A stretch of DNA of 64,000 nucleotides, taken from positions 96,001-160,000 of the forward strand of contig CAVTWJ010000023.1 of the NCBI GenBank assembly GCA_963738405.1. Reading direction: 5' to 3'. Origin of the DNA: a candidate division FCPU426 bacterium. Its GTDB lineage: Bacteria > Oederibacteriota > Muellerivitia > Muellerivitales > Muellerivitaceae. Position 1 is the stretch's first letter, and each line of letters starts with the position of its first letter. Shown in pieces: positions 39,273 through 49,104 of the stretch. The translations under genes were made by a program, and so were the position numbers. The notes under the pieces were generated by a model. It worked only from the letters and a program-made list of their open reading frames with translations, had not been told where the DNA came from and did not search any database.

Positions 39273-39722
39273 CTAGCGCAGGGTCAAAGAAAGAAAAGCG
39301 AACTCCAAGAAAACCAATCCAAATATGAAAATAGTTCCCATGATGAACCAGCCCCAACCCTCGGTATAAGGAGCGCCCATCAGGGGTTTCTTCTCGGGCC
39401 AGACTTGGATGAAATCCCCCACGGCTGGTTCCAATTGGTCGGGCCAGGCGGGGTATAGGCAATAAACCTGGTCGTATTTCTTTTGATCGATCTTCACGGA
39501 AGCTGAAAAGAGTCCGCCAATCCTGCAGCCTGTTTGCATTTTGCCCAGGTGGTTCGAAACGGTCTGAACCTTGGCTTCATCGCCGCCCCGTGACACGATC
39601 AGTGAAACCACCGGGTAGACGGTAAATACGGCCGCAAGTCCCAGAAAAACCACCGCCAGAATGACTCCTACGATTTTCAGCGCGATAAACCGAAGGGAGT
39701 CTTTCCAATCAAACGTGGCCAT
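39273..39722 (-). CDS. Hypothetical membrane protein
   Basis: Two TM segments; start taken at MATFDW after AAAGGA (ORF track extends to 39785). Confidence 0.65.
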   Translation of the reverse strand: MATFDWKDSLRFIALKIVGVILAVVFLGLAAVFTVYPVVSLIVSRGGDEAKVQTVSNHLGKMQTGCRIGGLFSASVKIDQKKYDQVYCLYPAWPDQLEPAVGDFIQVWPEKKPLMGAPYTEGWGWFIMGTIFIFGLVFLEFAFLSLTLR

Positions 39723-39823
39723 GGGTTTCCTTTGAAGTGGGTTTGAGGAGAAAACATTGTATCGGCGGACTTTGGAACTTCCCACCGAATTTTGGTTAAA
39801 AGAATTTCAAAAACAGAATTTTC

Positions 39824-39915
39824 ACCACCAAGTCACCAAGACACAAAGAAAAGCATTGATTACTAATCCAAAAAAACCATTTAAGTCTTTCTTGGTGCCT
39901 TGGCGTCTTGGTGGT
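39824..39915. repeat. Family A inverted-repeat element
   Basis: ACCACCAAGTCACCAAGACACAAAG ... CTTGGTGCCTTGGCGTCTTGGTGGT. Confidence 0.9.
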
Positions 39916-39945
39916 AGATAGTTTTTCTGGTTCAAAAATCTTCTT

Positions 39946-40512
39946 TTACATCATTCCCAATTGAAGCCGGGCGGCTTCGGTCATTAGGCTCTGGTTCCAG
40001 GGCGGCTCGAAGGTGACCTCCACCGCCGCCTCACGAACGCCCGGTATCCTAGCTAATTTTTCCTCGATCTCCGCCTTAAGCACCGTGGACATGCCGCAGC
40101 CGGGGGCTGTCAGGGTCATCACCACCTCCACCCTTTTGCCGCCCTCGGGATGGTCTTTGATGACGCAGCCATAAACCAGGCCCAGTTCAACGATATCCAC
40201 CGGAATTTCGGGGTCATAGCAGGTCTTGAGGGCCATTTGCACCTTCTTTTCAACCGTGGCCGAGTCCACTTCCCCCTGGTCTTTGTAGTCGATTTTGAAA
40301 ATCTTGGCTTCGGCAGGCACTTCCTTGCCCAGGGAGTCGGCGTCTTTGCCTTCGATGCGGACCAACTGGCCGTTGTCCCGTTGAACCGTGAAACTTCCGC
40401 CCAGGGTCTGGGTCAGGTAAACCTTCTCGTCTTTGAAAACCAAAGTTTCGGTTCCATAGGGAATGCTGATGGCCTTGGCGTCCCTCGTGACCGTTAAAAG
40501 TTCGTATTTCAT
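39946..40512 (-). CDS. sufT: Putative Fe-S cluster assembly protein SufT (DUF59)
   Basis: TQTLGGSFTV, CYDPEIPVDIVELGLVY, MTLTAPGCGM, FEPPW...MTEAARLQLGM. Confidence 0.92.
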   Translation of the reverse strand: MKYELLTVTRDAKAISIPYGTETLVFKDEKVYLTQTLGGSFTVQRDNGQLVRIEGKDADSLGKEVPAEAKIFKIDYKDQGEVDSATVEKKVQMALKTCYDPEIPVDIVELGLVYGCVIKDHPEGGKRVEVVMTLTAPGCGMSTVLKAEIEEKLARIPGVREAAVEVTFEPPWNQSLMTEAARLQLGMM

Positions 40513-40979
40513 TCCCCACTCCCCATGCCGTCATCAGTGGATACCGGTTCTTTTTTCTCGCGAAGGGCTGCGTCCATCGTGTGCCAAGCCAGGCTGGCGC
40601 ATTTCACACGCGCGGGAAATTCCCGCACCCCCTCGAACACCTTCAGCTTGCCCAGACCCTCCGTCGAGGCTTTTTCCTGTCCAGTCACCATCTCGTGGAA
40701 TTGGTGAAACAAGTTTTCGGCTTCCCCCGTGCTCTTTCCCTTCAAGGCGTCCGTCATCATGGAAGCGGAAGCCTTGGAGATGGCGCAGCCTGATCCCTTG
40801 AACTTGATGTCCTCAATCACGCCCTTGGCATCCACCTTGAGGTTCAAGGAAATGCGGTCCCCGCAAAGGGGGTTGAAGCCGTCCGCGTGGCGGTTGGGCG
40901 ATTCCAAATCGCCGAAATTATGCGGGTGCTTTTGGTGATCCAAAATCAATTCCTGGTACAGGTCCCTTAAATCCGACAT
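40509..40979 (-). CDS. sufU: SUF system NifU-family protein SufU
   Basis: LYQELILDH, NPLCGD, GCAISKASAS, RVKCASLAW. Confidence 0.95.
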   Translation of the reverse strand: MSDLRDLYQELILDHQKHPHNFGDLESPNRHADGFNPLCGDRISLNLKVDAKGVIEDIKFKGSGCAISKASASMMTDALKGKSTGEAENLFHQFHEMVTGQEKASTEGLGKLKVFEGVREFPARVKCASLAWHTMDAALREKKEPVSTDDGMGSGE

Positions 40980-41004
40980 GGCATCCTCTTGAGTTCGTTG
41001 ATCT

Positions 41005-42252
41005 TCATGAAAAAAGCTCCTGAGCCTTCTTTAACCCCACAACCAGAGCGTCCAAATCTTGGGTCGTGTTGTAAAGGGCCAGGGAGGCACGGGCAGTCGC
41101 CGGGATGCCGAAGCGATCCATCACCGGCTGGGCGCAATGGTGGCCCGCCCGAATCGCGATGCCTTCCTGATCCAGGATGGTTCCCAGGTCGTGGGGGTGG
41201 ATGTCGCCCAAGGTAAAAGAAAGCACCCCTGCCTTGTGGGCCGAGGTACCGATCAAGGTCAAACCGGGAATCTGCTTTAAGACCCTTGTTCCATAGGAAA
41301 GCAGGGTTTCTTCATGGGCCGCGATGGCCGGTAAGCCAATCCCAGTCACATAATCCAAGGCCGTTCCTAAGCCGATCACCTCGGCAATGGCCGGGGTGCC
41401 CGCCTCAAACTTATGGGGCGGCTTCTTATAGAGAGTCTTTTCAAAGGTGACCGAGGCAATCATGTCCCCGCCGCCCTGATAAGGGGGCATGGCATCCAAA
41501 AGGGCATATTTGCCGTACAAAACCCCAATCCCAGTGGGGCCGTAAATCTTGTGGCCGGAGAAGACATAAAAGTCGCAGTCAAGTGCCCGAACATCCACTG
41601 GAATATGGGGAACGGCCTGAGCCCCATCTACCAAAACCTTGGCGCCCTTTTCATGGGCCAGCCTTATCAGGTCCGCCACAGGGTTCACGGTTCCCAGGGC
41701 GTTTGAAACTTGGGTGAGTGCCAACATTTTGGTTTTGGGGCTCAAGAGTTCAGAGATTTTCTTTAGGTCCAGGTTGCCTTCATCGGTAATGGGGATCACC
41801 TTCAGCTTGGCGCCTTTTTCGTCGCAAATCATCTGCCAGGGAACGATGTTGGAATGGTGTTCCATTTCGGTGATCAAGACTTCATCCCCGGCCTTTAGGT
41901 TGGCTTTGCCCCAGGTTTGGGCCACCAGGTTGATGCCTTCGGTGGTTCCCCGGGTAAAAATAATTTCTTTTGCGTCGGCGGCGTTCAAGAATTTCTGAAT
42001 CTTAATCCGCGCTCCCTCATAGGCCTGGGTGGCCTGCTCGCTCAAGAAATGAACCCCCCGGTGGATATTGGCGTTTTGCTGGCAATAATAATTGTCAAGC
42101 GTCCCGATGACCGCCAGGGGTTTTTGCGTGGTGGCGGCGTTATCCAGATAAACCAGGGGTTTCCCGTGGATGGTGATCGAGAGAATCGGGAAATCATTCT
42201 TGATCTTTTGGGGGTTAAAAACCGGGGCGGTGGTTTCTTTTAGGGCGTTCAT
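41005..42252 (-). CDS. sufS: Cysteine desulfurase SufS
   Basis: YLDNAATTQKP, EHHSNIVPW, FSGHK, RAGHHCAQP. Confidence 0.97.
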   Translation of the reverse strand: MNALKETTAPVFNPQKIKNDFPILSITIHGKPLVYLDNAATTQKPLAVIGTLDNYYCQQNANIHRGVHFLSEQATQAYEGARIKIQKFLNAADAKEIIFTRGTTEGINLVAQTWGKANLKAGDEVLITEMEHHSNIVPWQMICDEKGAKLKVIPITDEGNLDLKKISELLSPKTKMLALTQVSNALGTVNPVADLIRLAHEKGAKVLVDGAQAVPHIPVDVRALDCDFYVFSGHKIYGPTGIGVLYGKYALLDAMPPYQGGGDMIASVTFEKTLYKKPPHKFEAGTPAIAEVIGLGTALDYVTGIGLPAIAAHEETLLSYGTRVLKQIPGLTLIGTSAHKAGVLSFTLGDIHPHDLGTILDQEGIAIRAGHHCAQPVMDRFGIPATARASLALYNTTQDLDALVVGLKKAQELFS

Positions 42253-43571
42253 GGTTTTTTATCCCCCATCCAATCCTGGACCATCTTTTGAATGGGCTCC
42301 TTCAGGTAGTCCGAAGGCACCCGGCCCACCATTTCACCGGCAAAGGCGTAAACCAAAACTTCCCTCGCCTCATTTTTGTCCAGGCCTCGGGAACGAAGAT
42401 AAAACAGGGCTTCCTCATCCAACTGGCCGGTGGCCGAACCGTGGGAGCATTTCACGTCATCGGCGTAAATTTGAAGCTGGGGTTTGGAATAAACCAACGC
42501 GCTGTCGGAAAGCTGAAGGTTTTTATTTGCCTGGCGGGCGTCGGTTTTTTGCGCCCCTTCCCGAACCAAAATACGTCCGTCAAAAATACCCGTGGAATGT
42601 CCGCTCAAGACCTGCTTGAAAAGCTGTTCGCTTTGGCAGGATTCCACCGAGTGGTCCACAAAGGTGCGCGTATCCAGCCGCTGCTTGCCGGAACCCAGGT
42701 TCAAACCCTCGAAAACACACTGGGAATGGGGTCCAACGAGGGCCGTTTCGATTTCACTGCGGCCCAAGGCCCCGCCCAAGGAAAATACCCTGGCGTTCAA
42801 GCGGCTTCCCTGGGCCTGGTGGGCCGCCAAGGAACCTATGTGGTAGCTCAGGGGGCTTTCCTGCTGAATTTTCGTGTGGTCCAAATGGGCGTCTTTTTCT
42901 AAAGCTATCTTGGTCACCGTATTGGTGAAATAGGGGTTCAGGTTGTTGCCCCAATAATGTTCAATCACCGAGGCCGAAGAACCCTCTTCTAATAAAATCA
43001 AATTCCGTATGTGGGACTGGGTCGCCAAGCCGGAATTGCTGGAAAGATAAACCAGGTGAAGAGGCTTTTCTAAATGAACCCCCGGTCCGAGATGGAGAAA
43101 GACTCCGTCAGTGAAAAAAGCGTAATTGAGCGAGACAAAGGGCCTGTTTTCGAATGGAAGAATATGGGCGAAATACCGTTTTAAAGGGCCGTCGGCCAAG
43201 CTTTCAATGAGGCTTCGCACCCTCGCTCCCCGTGGCAAACCGCCGATGGTTGAAAGTTCCAGGTTGAAATGGCCGTTCACGAAAACCATCAAATGGGCCC
43301 GGGCCGTATCGAAACCCTGGGATTCCAGCTCGGCCTTGACCGCGTCTTTCACATGACGTTCTTGGGTCAAGTTAAAGGAAATTTTTAAAAAATCATCCAG
43401 GCTCGTGTGTTTCCAGGATTCGTCTTCCGAGGTGGGAAAACCCGTTTCCCGAAAAGAGGCCAGGGATTTTTCACGGGTGTCCTTCAGCCAGAAGGGGTCC
43501 TTGATCAGGGCCGTTTTTTCCCAATCGGGATAGAGGGAGATGTAATTGTTTTTGGCTTCGAGAGTTTCCAT
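42249..43571 (-). CDS. sufD: Fe-S cluster assembly protein SufD
   Basis: KPQLQIYADDVKCSHGSATG, FYLRSRG. Confidence 0.95.
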   Translation of the reverse strand: METLEAKNNYISLYPDWEKTALIKDPFWLKDTREKSLASFRETGFPTSEDESWKHTSLDDFLKISFNLTQERHVKDAVKAELESQGFDTARAHLMVFVNGHFNLELSTIGGLPRGARVRSLIESLADGPLKRYFAHILPFENRPFVSLNYAFFTDGVFLHLGPGVHLEKPLHLVYLSSNSGLATQSHIRNLILLEEGSSASVIEHYWGNNLNPYFTNTVTKIALEKDAHLDHTKIQQESPLSYHIGSLAAHQAQGSRLNARVFSLGGALGRSEIETALVGPHSQCVFEGLNLGSGKQRLDTRTFVDHSVESCQSEQLFKQVLSGHSTGIFDGRILVREGAQKTDARQANKNLQLSDSALVYSKPQLQIYADDVKCSHGSATGQLDEEALFYLRSRGLDKNEAREVLVYAFAGEMVGRVPSDYLKEPIQKMVQDWMGDKKP

Positions 43572-44332
43572 TACGCTTTCACTTCTTCCTTGGCCTCGGG
43601 AATCCAGCCGTAGCCGCTTTTTTCAAGTTCCAGGGCCAGTTCCTTGCCGCCGGATTTCACGATGCGCCCTTGGGCCAACACATGAATATGATCAGGCACG
43701 ATATATTCCAAGAGGCGCTGGTAATGGGTCACCAACAAAAAGGCCCGGTCCTTGCGGCGCAAGGCGTTTACACCGTCCGCCACTACCTTGAGGGCGTCGA
43801 TATCCAGGCCCGAATCGGTCTCATCCAAAATAGCCAGTTTGGGTTCTAGTACCGCCATTTGAAGCACTTCATTCTTTTTCTTTTCCCCGCCGGAAAAACC
43901 CTCGTTCACCGCGCGAGTCAGCATCGATTCATCCATTTTGAGGGGTTTCAACTTGGCCTTGACCAGTTCCAAAAAATCCATGGCGTCCAATTCTTCCTCG
44001 CCCCTGTTTTTGCGCAGGGCGTTCAAGGCCGCCTTGAGGAAATAGGTGTTGTTCACACCCGGGATTTCGACCGGGTATTGAAAGGCCAAAAAGATGCCCG
44101 CCCGGGCCCGATCTTCAGGCGCCATAGGCAAAAGGTCCTTCCCCTCGAATAAAACCGACCCACCGGTGACTTCATACCCTTCCCGGCCCGCCAGGATGTG
44201 GGCGAGGGTGCTTTTACCGGAACCGTTCGGCCCCATGATGGCATGCACTTCCCCGGCACCAACAGACAAGTTGATGCCCTTGAGGATTTGTTTGTCTTCG
44301 GCTTTAACTTGTAAATTCTTGATTTCTAACAC
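43571..44332 (-). CDS. sufC: Fe-S cluster assembly ATPase SufC
   Basis: MGPNGSGKST, FQYPVEIPGV, NEGFSGGEKK, LDETDSGLDIDAL. Confidence 0.97.
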   Translation of the reverse strand: MLEIKNLQVKAEDKQILKGINLSVGAGEVHAIMGPNGSGKSTLAHILAGREGYEVTGGSVLFEGKDLLPMAPEDRARAGIFLAFQYPVEIPGVNNTYFLKAALNALRKNRGEEELDAMDFLELVKAKLKPLKMDESMLTRAVNEGFSGGEKKKNEVLQMAVLEPKLAILDETDSGLDIDALKVVADGVNALRRKDRAFLLVTHYQRLLEYIVPDHIHVLAQGRIVKSGGKELALELEKSGYGWIPEAKEEVKA

Positions 44333-44356
44333 TTGTATCTCCCAATAAAGGTTTTC

Positions 44357-44437
44357 ACCACAAGGGCACCAAGAAAATCTTGAGGGTTTAAATCCAAATC
44401 TTTTTTGCTGTCCTTGGTGACTTGGTGTCTTGGTGGT
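44357..44437. repeat. Family A inverted-repeat element inside the suf operon
   Basis: ACCACAAGGGCACCAAG ... CTTGGTGACTTGGTGTCTTGGTGGT between sufB and sufC; the left arm is one 9-mer shorter. Confidence 0.85.
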
Positions 44438-44452
44438 TAATCGGTTTTTTTC

Positions 44453-45898
44453 TCATCCAACGCTTCCTTCAAGGCTCACAGCCAGCAGTTTTTGGGCTTC
44501 CACCGCGAACTCCATGGGCAGTTTGCGGAAAACTTCCTTGCAGAATCCGTTCACGATCAGGTTCACCGCGTCTTCGGAGGATAGCCCCCTTTGACGGCAG
44601 TAGAAAATCTGATCTTCGCTGATTTTGGATGTGGAAGCCTCATGCCCCACCTTGGCGCTGTTGTTGCGCACGTCGATGTAAGGCACCGTATGGGCCCCGC
44701 ACTCGGAACTCATCAATAGCGAATCGCACTGGGTGTAGTTTTGGGCGCCTTCCGCTTTAGGCATGATCCGCACCAGGCCCCGGTAGGTGTTTTGGCCGTG
44801 GCCGGCCGAGATTCCCTTTGAAATAACGGTACTTTTGGTGTTTTTACCCATGTGGATCATCTTGGTGCCCGTATCGGCCTGTTGGTAGTTATTGGCCACC
44901 GCCACGGAGTAAAACTCGCCCACCGAATTATCGCCCTGCAAAATACAGCTGGGATATTTCCAGGTAATAGCCGACCCGGTTTCTACCTGGGTCCATGAAA
45001 TTTTGGAAGAATCGCCCCGGCAGGCGCCCCGCTTGGTGACGAAGTTGTAAACCCCGCCCTTGCCCTCTTTGTCGCCGGGATACCAGTTTTGGACGGTGGA
45101 ATATTTGATTTCGGCATTGCCCAGCGCGATCAGTTCCACCACCGCCGCGTGTAATTGATTTTCGTCCCGCATGGGGGCCGTACAGCCTTCCAGGTAGCTC
45201 ACATAAGAACCTTCGTCGGCGATGAGGAGAGTACGCTCGAACTGTCCGGTCTTGGCGGCGTTGATGCGGAAGTAGGTGGAAAGTTCCATCGGGCACCGCA
45301 CGCCCTTGGGGATGTAGCAGAAAGACCCGTCGGTGAAGACCGCGCTGTTCAGGGCCGCGTAAAAGTTGTCGTTGTAAGGCACAACCGTTCCTAAATATTT
45401 TTCAATTAGGTCGGGGTGTTCCAGCACCGCCTCGGAGAAAGAGCAAAAGATAACCCCCATTTCGCCGAGTTTCTTTTTAAAGGTTGTGCCTACCGATACG
45501 CTGTCGAATACCGCGTCCACCGCCACCCCTGCCAGCATTTCCCGTTCTTGAAGGGGCACTCCAAGTTTTTCGAAGGTCTTGAGGATTTCCGGGTCCACTT
45601 CGGCCAAGCTCTTGGGACCTTGCTTGGGGGCTGAGTAATAACACATGTCCTGGTAGTTGATGGCGGGGTAATGCACCGAGGCCCACTTGGGTTCTTTCAT
45701 CTTGGTCCAATAGCGGTAGCACTTCAGGCGCCATTGCAAAAGAAAATCAGGCTCTTTCTTCTTGTGCGAAATGAAGCGGATGATTTCTTCGTTTAATCCA
45801 GGGGGGGCCGAATCGGCTTCGATATCGGTGATAAAACCGAATTTATAGTCTTCCTGGGTGACCTGTTCGACTGTTTTATTTTGGGTTTCAGCAGCCAT
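44453..45898 (-). CDS. sufB: Fe-S cluster assembly protein SufB
   Basis: [40 protein letters not shown]. Confidence 0.98.
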   Translation of the reverse strand: MAAETQNKTVEQVTQEDYKFGFITDIEADSAPPGLNEEIIRFISHKKKEPDFLLQWRLKCYRYWTKMKEPKWASVHYPAINYQDMCYYSAPKQGPKSLAEVDPEILKTFEKLGVPLQEREMLAGVAVDAVFDSVSVGTTFKKKLGEMGVIFCSFSEAVLEHPDLIEKYLGTVVPYNDNFYAALNSAVFTDGSFCYIPKGVRCPMELSTYFRINAAKTGQFERTLLIADEGSYVSYLEGCTAPMRDENQLHAAVVELIALGNAEIKYSTVQNWYPGDKEGKGGVYNFVTKRGACRGDSSKISWTQVETGSAITWKYPSCILQGDNSVGEFYSVAVANNYQQADTGTKMIHMGKNTKSTVISKGISAGHGQNTYRGLVRIMPKAEGAQNYTQCDSLLMSSECGAHTVPYIDVRNNSAKVGHEASTSKISEDQIFYCRQRGLSSEDAVNLIVNGFCKEVFRKLPMEFAVEAQKLLAVSLEGSVG

Positions 45899-45907
45899 GG
45901 CTTTTCC

Positions 45908-46474
45908 TTACTTTGTCTGGGTTGTCAGACCCTGTTCTTGGTTCGTAGCTTTAAATCTTCGGTCTTCTTTTAAATCAATGGTTTGGTCGTTCTTGGTGTC
46001 TTCGCGTCTTCGTGGTGGATTTGCCGTTGCTTCCTGAAGATATTTCTGCATTTCAGGTTCGGTTTGAACCAAGTCCGAGAGCTTGCATTTTTTTAGGTAA
46101 CTGGAAACCGACAGATCCAGTCCCATCCAAAGGGAACGAATAGCGCAATCCATGTTATGAATACAGCCCAGGTGGTCACTCGAAGCGGTATCGCAATATT
46201 CTTCCTGGTTGAAGAACTTGCCCGACAGGGCTTCCATGACTTCGTTTACGTTAATTTCCTGGGGAGCGCGGCTGAGCTGGTATCCCCCGCTTTGGCCCCG
46301 AAGGCTCTGAACCAGCCCGGACTTGCGAAGAATACTCATGATTTTGCCCACATAGGCCGGGGTCAAAGCTTCCTTTTGGGCCAATTCCACAATGGTGGTA
46401 TTGCCCTTCAGGCCCTTTTTGGCCATTTGAAGCATGCAACGAAGGCCGTATTCTTCTGTGGATGAGAACTTCAC
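45908..46474 (-). CDS. Rrf2 family transcriptional regulator heading the suf operon
   Basis: EYGLRCML, GLVQSLRGQSGGYQL, three Cys (C..C..C) in the C-terminal part. Confidence 0.93.
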   Translation of the reverse strand: MKFSSTEEYGLRCMLQMAKKGLKGNTTIVELAQKEALTPAYVGKIMSILRKSGLVQSLRGQSGGYQLSRAPQEINVNEVMEALSGKFFNQEEYCDTASSDHLGCIHNMDCAIRSLWMGLDLSVSSYLKKCKLSDLVQTEPEMQKYLQEATANPPRRREDTKNDQTIDLKEDRRFKATNQEQGLTTQTK

Positions 46475-46515
46475 TTAGTCCCGCCTAAAACCTTGGATTT
46501 GACTTTAATTTGAGC

Positions 46516-46539
46516 AATCTTGACAAGAAAGTCAAGTAT
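46516..46539. promoter_or_regulatory. Palindromic Rrf2/IscR-type operator overlapping the -35 of the suf operon
   Basis: CTTGAC-AAGAAA-GTCAAG (46519-46536); minus strand reads ATACTTGACTTTCTTGTCAAGAT, resembling IscR type-1 boxes. Confidence 0.65.
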
Positions 46540-46681
46540 AGGGAAAAAGATGGATATTTCAAGCATTTTGAACTTTGACGGGTTATTGGGGGATATTCAA
46601 GGGAACTTTCGAATTTAAAACGAAACGGAATCTTAGATCGTTATTTTCCCGTAGAGGATAGGTACATGCTTCGACTCTCCT

Positions 46682-48280
46682 CTAATTCGATTGTGCAATA
46701 GTCCCAAGAATTTCTAAGTTTGGGCAATATGGATCGATCTTCTGTGCAAGATCGATATAATTTTTCGCCTTATCGGGATACCCCAATTTCATCTCGGCCA
46801 AAGCCAAATAACACGCGTAATCGGCTTGATAAGCGGGATAAAAGACATTTTTCATAGCATCTTTCAAAAGGGGCATGGCGATATCGCACTGCCCCATTGC
46901 CACCAAAACCTTACCTCTCGTTCCCTTATAGTGCGGAATCCAGAAACCGTTCCTGAAAGCCTTTTCGGAACCTTCATCCGCAGTTTTCAGCAGATCTTGA
47001 TCCTTCATTCCCAGATAGGCTTCCGAAAGGTCGGCCATCGCTTGGTATTGGGCGACCGGGGTCATGTCACCACTTTCTATAAGTTCTGTATAGAGTCTCC
47101 GTGCTTCCGCGAATTGGGCACTCTTCAATAACCAATAGGCGTAAGACATCATGAATTTCCCCACATTGCGATACTGTGGCAACTTCTCTTCAAAAAATGC
47201 TTTCGCAACCGTAGCATATTTTTTACGGGTCAGCCCACTAAAGGCCGCACTCATGCTGTAACTGCTTGCGAGATTCTGGTCCACCACCGACTGAGACCTG
47301 AAAAATGTGGTCAAGATGGTCATTCCGTCATTCGCATTCTTTTGAGTAATGTAGTCAAGCCGAAGGGGAATGATGTTATAGATAAAGGCTACACCGTTCA
47401 TGATGGCAATCGAACCTAGAAAGACAACGGCCAGATCGAGGGGGATTGATTCTTGACCTATGGATCCAAAACTCAAGGTGGTATATCGCCCGAAAACCAT
47501 TAAGGCCCACCAAGAGGTCAAACAAAGTATCAAATTCATGAGGGGCCCCGCCAAGCTAACCAAGAATTGTTTAGCACGATATTGGTTGGAAGAGGTCGAA
47601 CCGATAAAGGCGGCACCACCGAACGGATATTGATGAACTTGCACGGAGATTCCAAAAATTTTGAACTTGAATAGTGGGGTGCCAAACCCGCATTGGATCC
47701 AATAGACTTCCCAACCTAAAAGTTGGGCCATCCAGGCGTGCCCTAATTCATGAGGAATCACGGAAATAATCCGAGCCAAGATCAACGAGAACATCAAGAA
47801 CATCGGCCAACCCACCGAATCTTGAGGGTGGGCGAGAATGTTATATAGCCCTACGGCACCGAAGAAGAGGTAAACGCTGAGGTAGATATACATTTGTTTG
47901 AAAGCAGTTTTATTGGAACATTCAAAACATATGTATCTGGACCCTGATAAGGGCTTGAAGACCTCTTTCATTTCCGAAATCCGGCCACAAACGGTGCACT
48001 GATAGCTTTCGACACGAGAAAGGATCGGACCGTTCTTTTCGTTACGGATTATATTGAACTTCCCGTCTTGGTTAGTAACGTCAACCAAGGACCCTTCTTT
48101 GACTGATATCTTTTCAGCCAACCACTCTGGTATGACGACATATAAGAAATCCCCTTTTACCGAGGAGGTCGGGGGGGCGATTGGTGCCAATTCCTGACCG
48201 CCCATGCGCAGAGGAATTCGAAGAGTGAGATGACCATCGATGAGCTCGATGGGGCCAACGATGGATATTTCTTTTTCCAT
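46682..48280 (-). CDS. M50 metalloprotease with N-terminal AbrB-like and Zn-finger segments and C-terminal TPR
   Basis: HELGH, LAGPLMN, NIIP...NDG; CTVC/CFEC; TPR-like tail. Confidence 0.8.
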   Translation of the reverse strand: MEKEISIVGPIELIDGHLTLRIPLRMGGQELAPIAPPTSSVKGDFLYVVIPEWLAEKISVKEGSLVDVTNQDGKFNIIRNEKNGPILSRVESYQCTVCGRISEMKEVFKPLSGSRYICFECSNKTAFKQMYIYLSVYLFFGAVGLYNILAHPQDSVGWPMFLMFSLILARIISVIPHELGHAWMAQLLGWEVYWIQCGFGTPLFKFKIFGISVQVHQYPFGGAAFIGSTSSNQYRAKQFLVSLAGPLMNLILCLTSWWALMVFGRYTTLSFGSIGQESIPLDLAVVFLGSIAIMNGVAFIYNIIPLRLDYITQKNANDGMTILTTFFRSQSVVDQNLASSYSMSAAFSGLTRKKYATVAKAFFEEKLPQYRNVGKFMMSYAYWLLKSAQFAEARRLYTELIESGDMTPVAQYQAMADLSEAYLGMKDQDLLKTADEGSEKAFRNGFWIPHYKGTRGKVLVAMGQCDIAMPLLKDAMKNVFYPAYQADYACYLALAEMKLGYPDKAKNYIDLAQKIDPYCPNLEILGTIAQSN

Positions 48281-48353
48281 AGAACACCTTCTAAATTGGA
48301 AAAACCAAGGGCTAGGCCAACACCCAACACTTTACAAACCACAAATACGAAAC

Positions 48354-49094
48354 CTATTTGTTCAATACCAATTCAGTTTTTCGATAGGACTTGGGCATCT
48401 GATCCCATGTGCGCCCGTCCAACGTCCGGCCGTTTTTCTTTTTCCAAACACCGCCCCACTGCTTGAAGAAAAAGGGAACCTTCGCCTTACGGCATTGTTT
48501 TTGAATATCAAGAACCCATTCCTTCTCCATGGGCCGAGCGCCTGGGCCTGATTCACCCCCGACGATGGCCCAATGAATGCCTTTCAGCTTCAAATTGGGA
48601 ATGGGGCTTAACAATGGTTCCAAAGAAAGAAATTTAATCTTAGCTTTTGTTTTTCTTAGTGAGTCTATGCGGTATGTGAACTTGTCGGATTCCACGCTTA
48701 CGCCCATCCAGATGTTGGGGGTCCATTTGAGGCCGGGACTAAGCATCTCAAGCCGGTCGGCCCTTTTAGTCAGCACTTGGAACTGGTGCCAATGGGCCTG
48801 GTTCATGACTTCAAAAATCTTCTTTACGAACTTTAATGGTATTTCCTGATGGAATAGATCGGACATCGAATTGACGAAAATGGTGCGGGGTTCCTTCCAA
48901 GTTAGTGGGAGGTTCAATCGATCCGGCCAAGTTCTCAAGTCAAAACCCTGCTCGTATGGATGCCCTGGAATACCACGCCACCTTTCGGCGAAACGTTCTG
49001 CATAGCAGTTGGCGCAACCGGCGCTAACCTTGTGGCAACCCGTTACTGGGTTCCAAGTTGAGTTGGTCCATTCGATGGTAGAAACTTCAGCCAC
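48354..49094 (-). CDS. DUF5131 family (phage Gp37/Gp68-like, three-Cys motif) protein
   Basis: IEWT..TWNPVTGC.KVS.GC.NCYA, FVNSMSDLFH, FLSLEPLL, IVGGESG, FFFKQWGG. Confidence 0.93.
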   Translation of the reverse strand: MAEVSTIEWTNSTWNPVTGCHKVSAGCANCYAERFAERWRGIPGHPYEQGFDLRTWPDRLNLPLTWKEPRTIFVNSMSDLFHQEIPLKFVKKIFEVMNQAHWHQFQVLTKRADRLEMLSPGLKWTPNIWMGVSVESDKFTYRIDSLRKTKAKIKFLSLEPLLSPIPNLKLKGIHWAIVGGESGPGARPMEKEWVLDIQKQCRKAKVPFFFKQWGGVWKKKNGRTLDGRTWDQMPKSYRKTELVLNK

Positions 49095-49104
49095 TTATTT
49101 CTCC

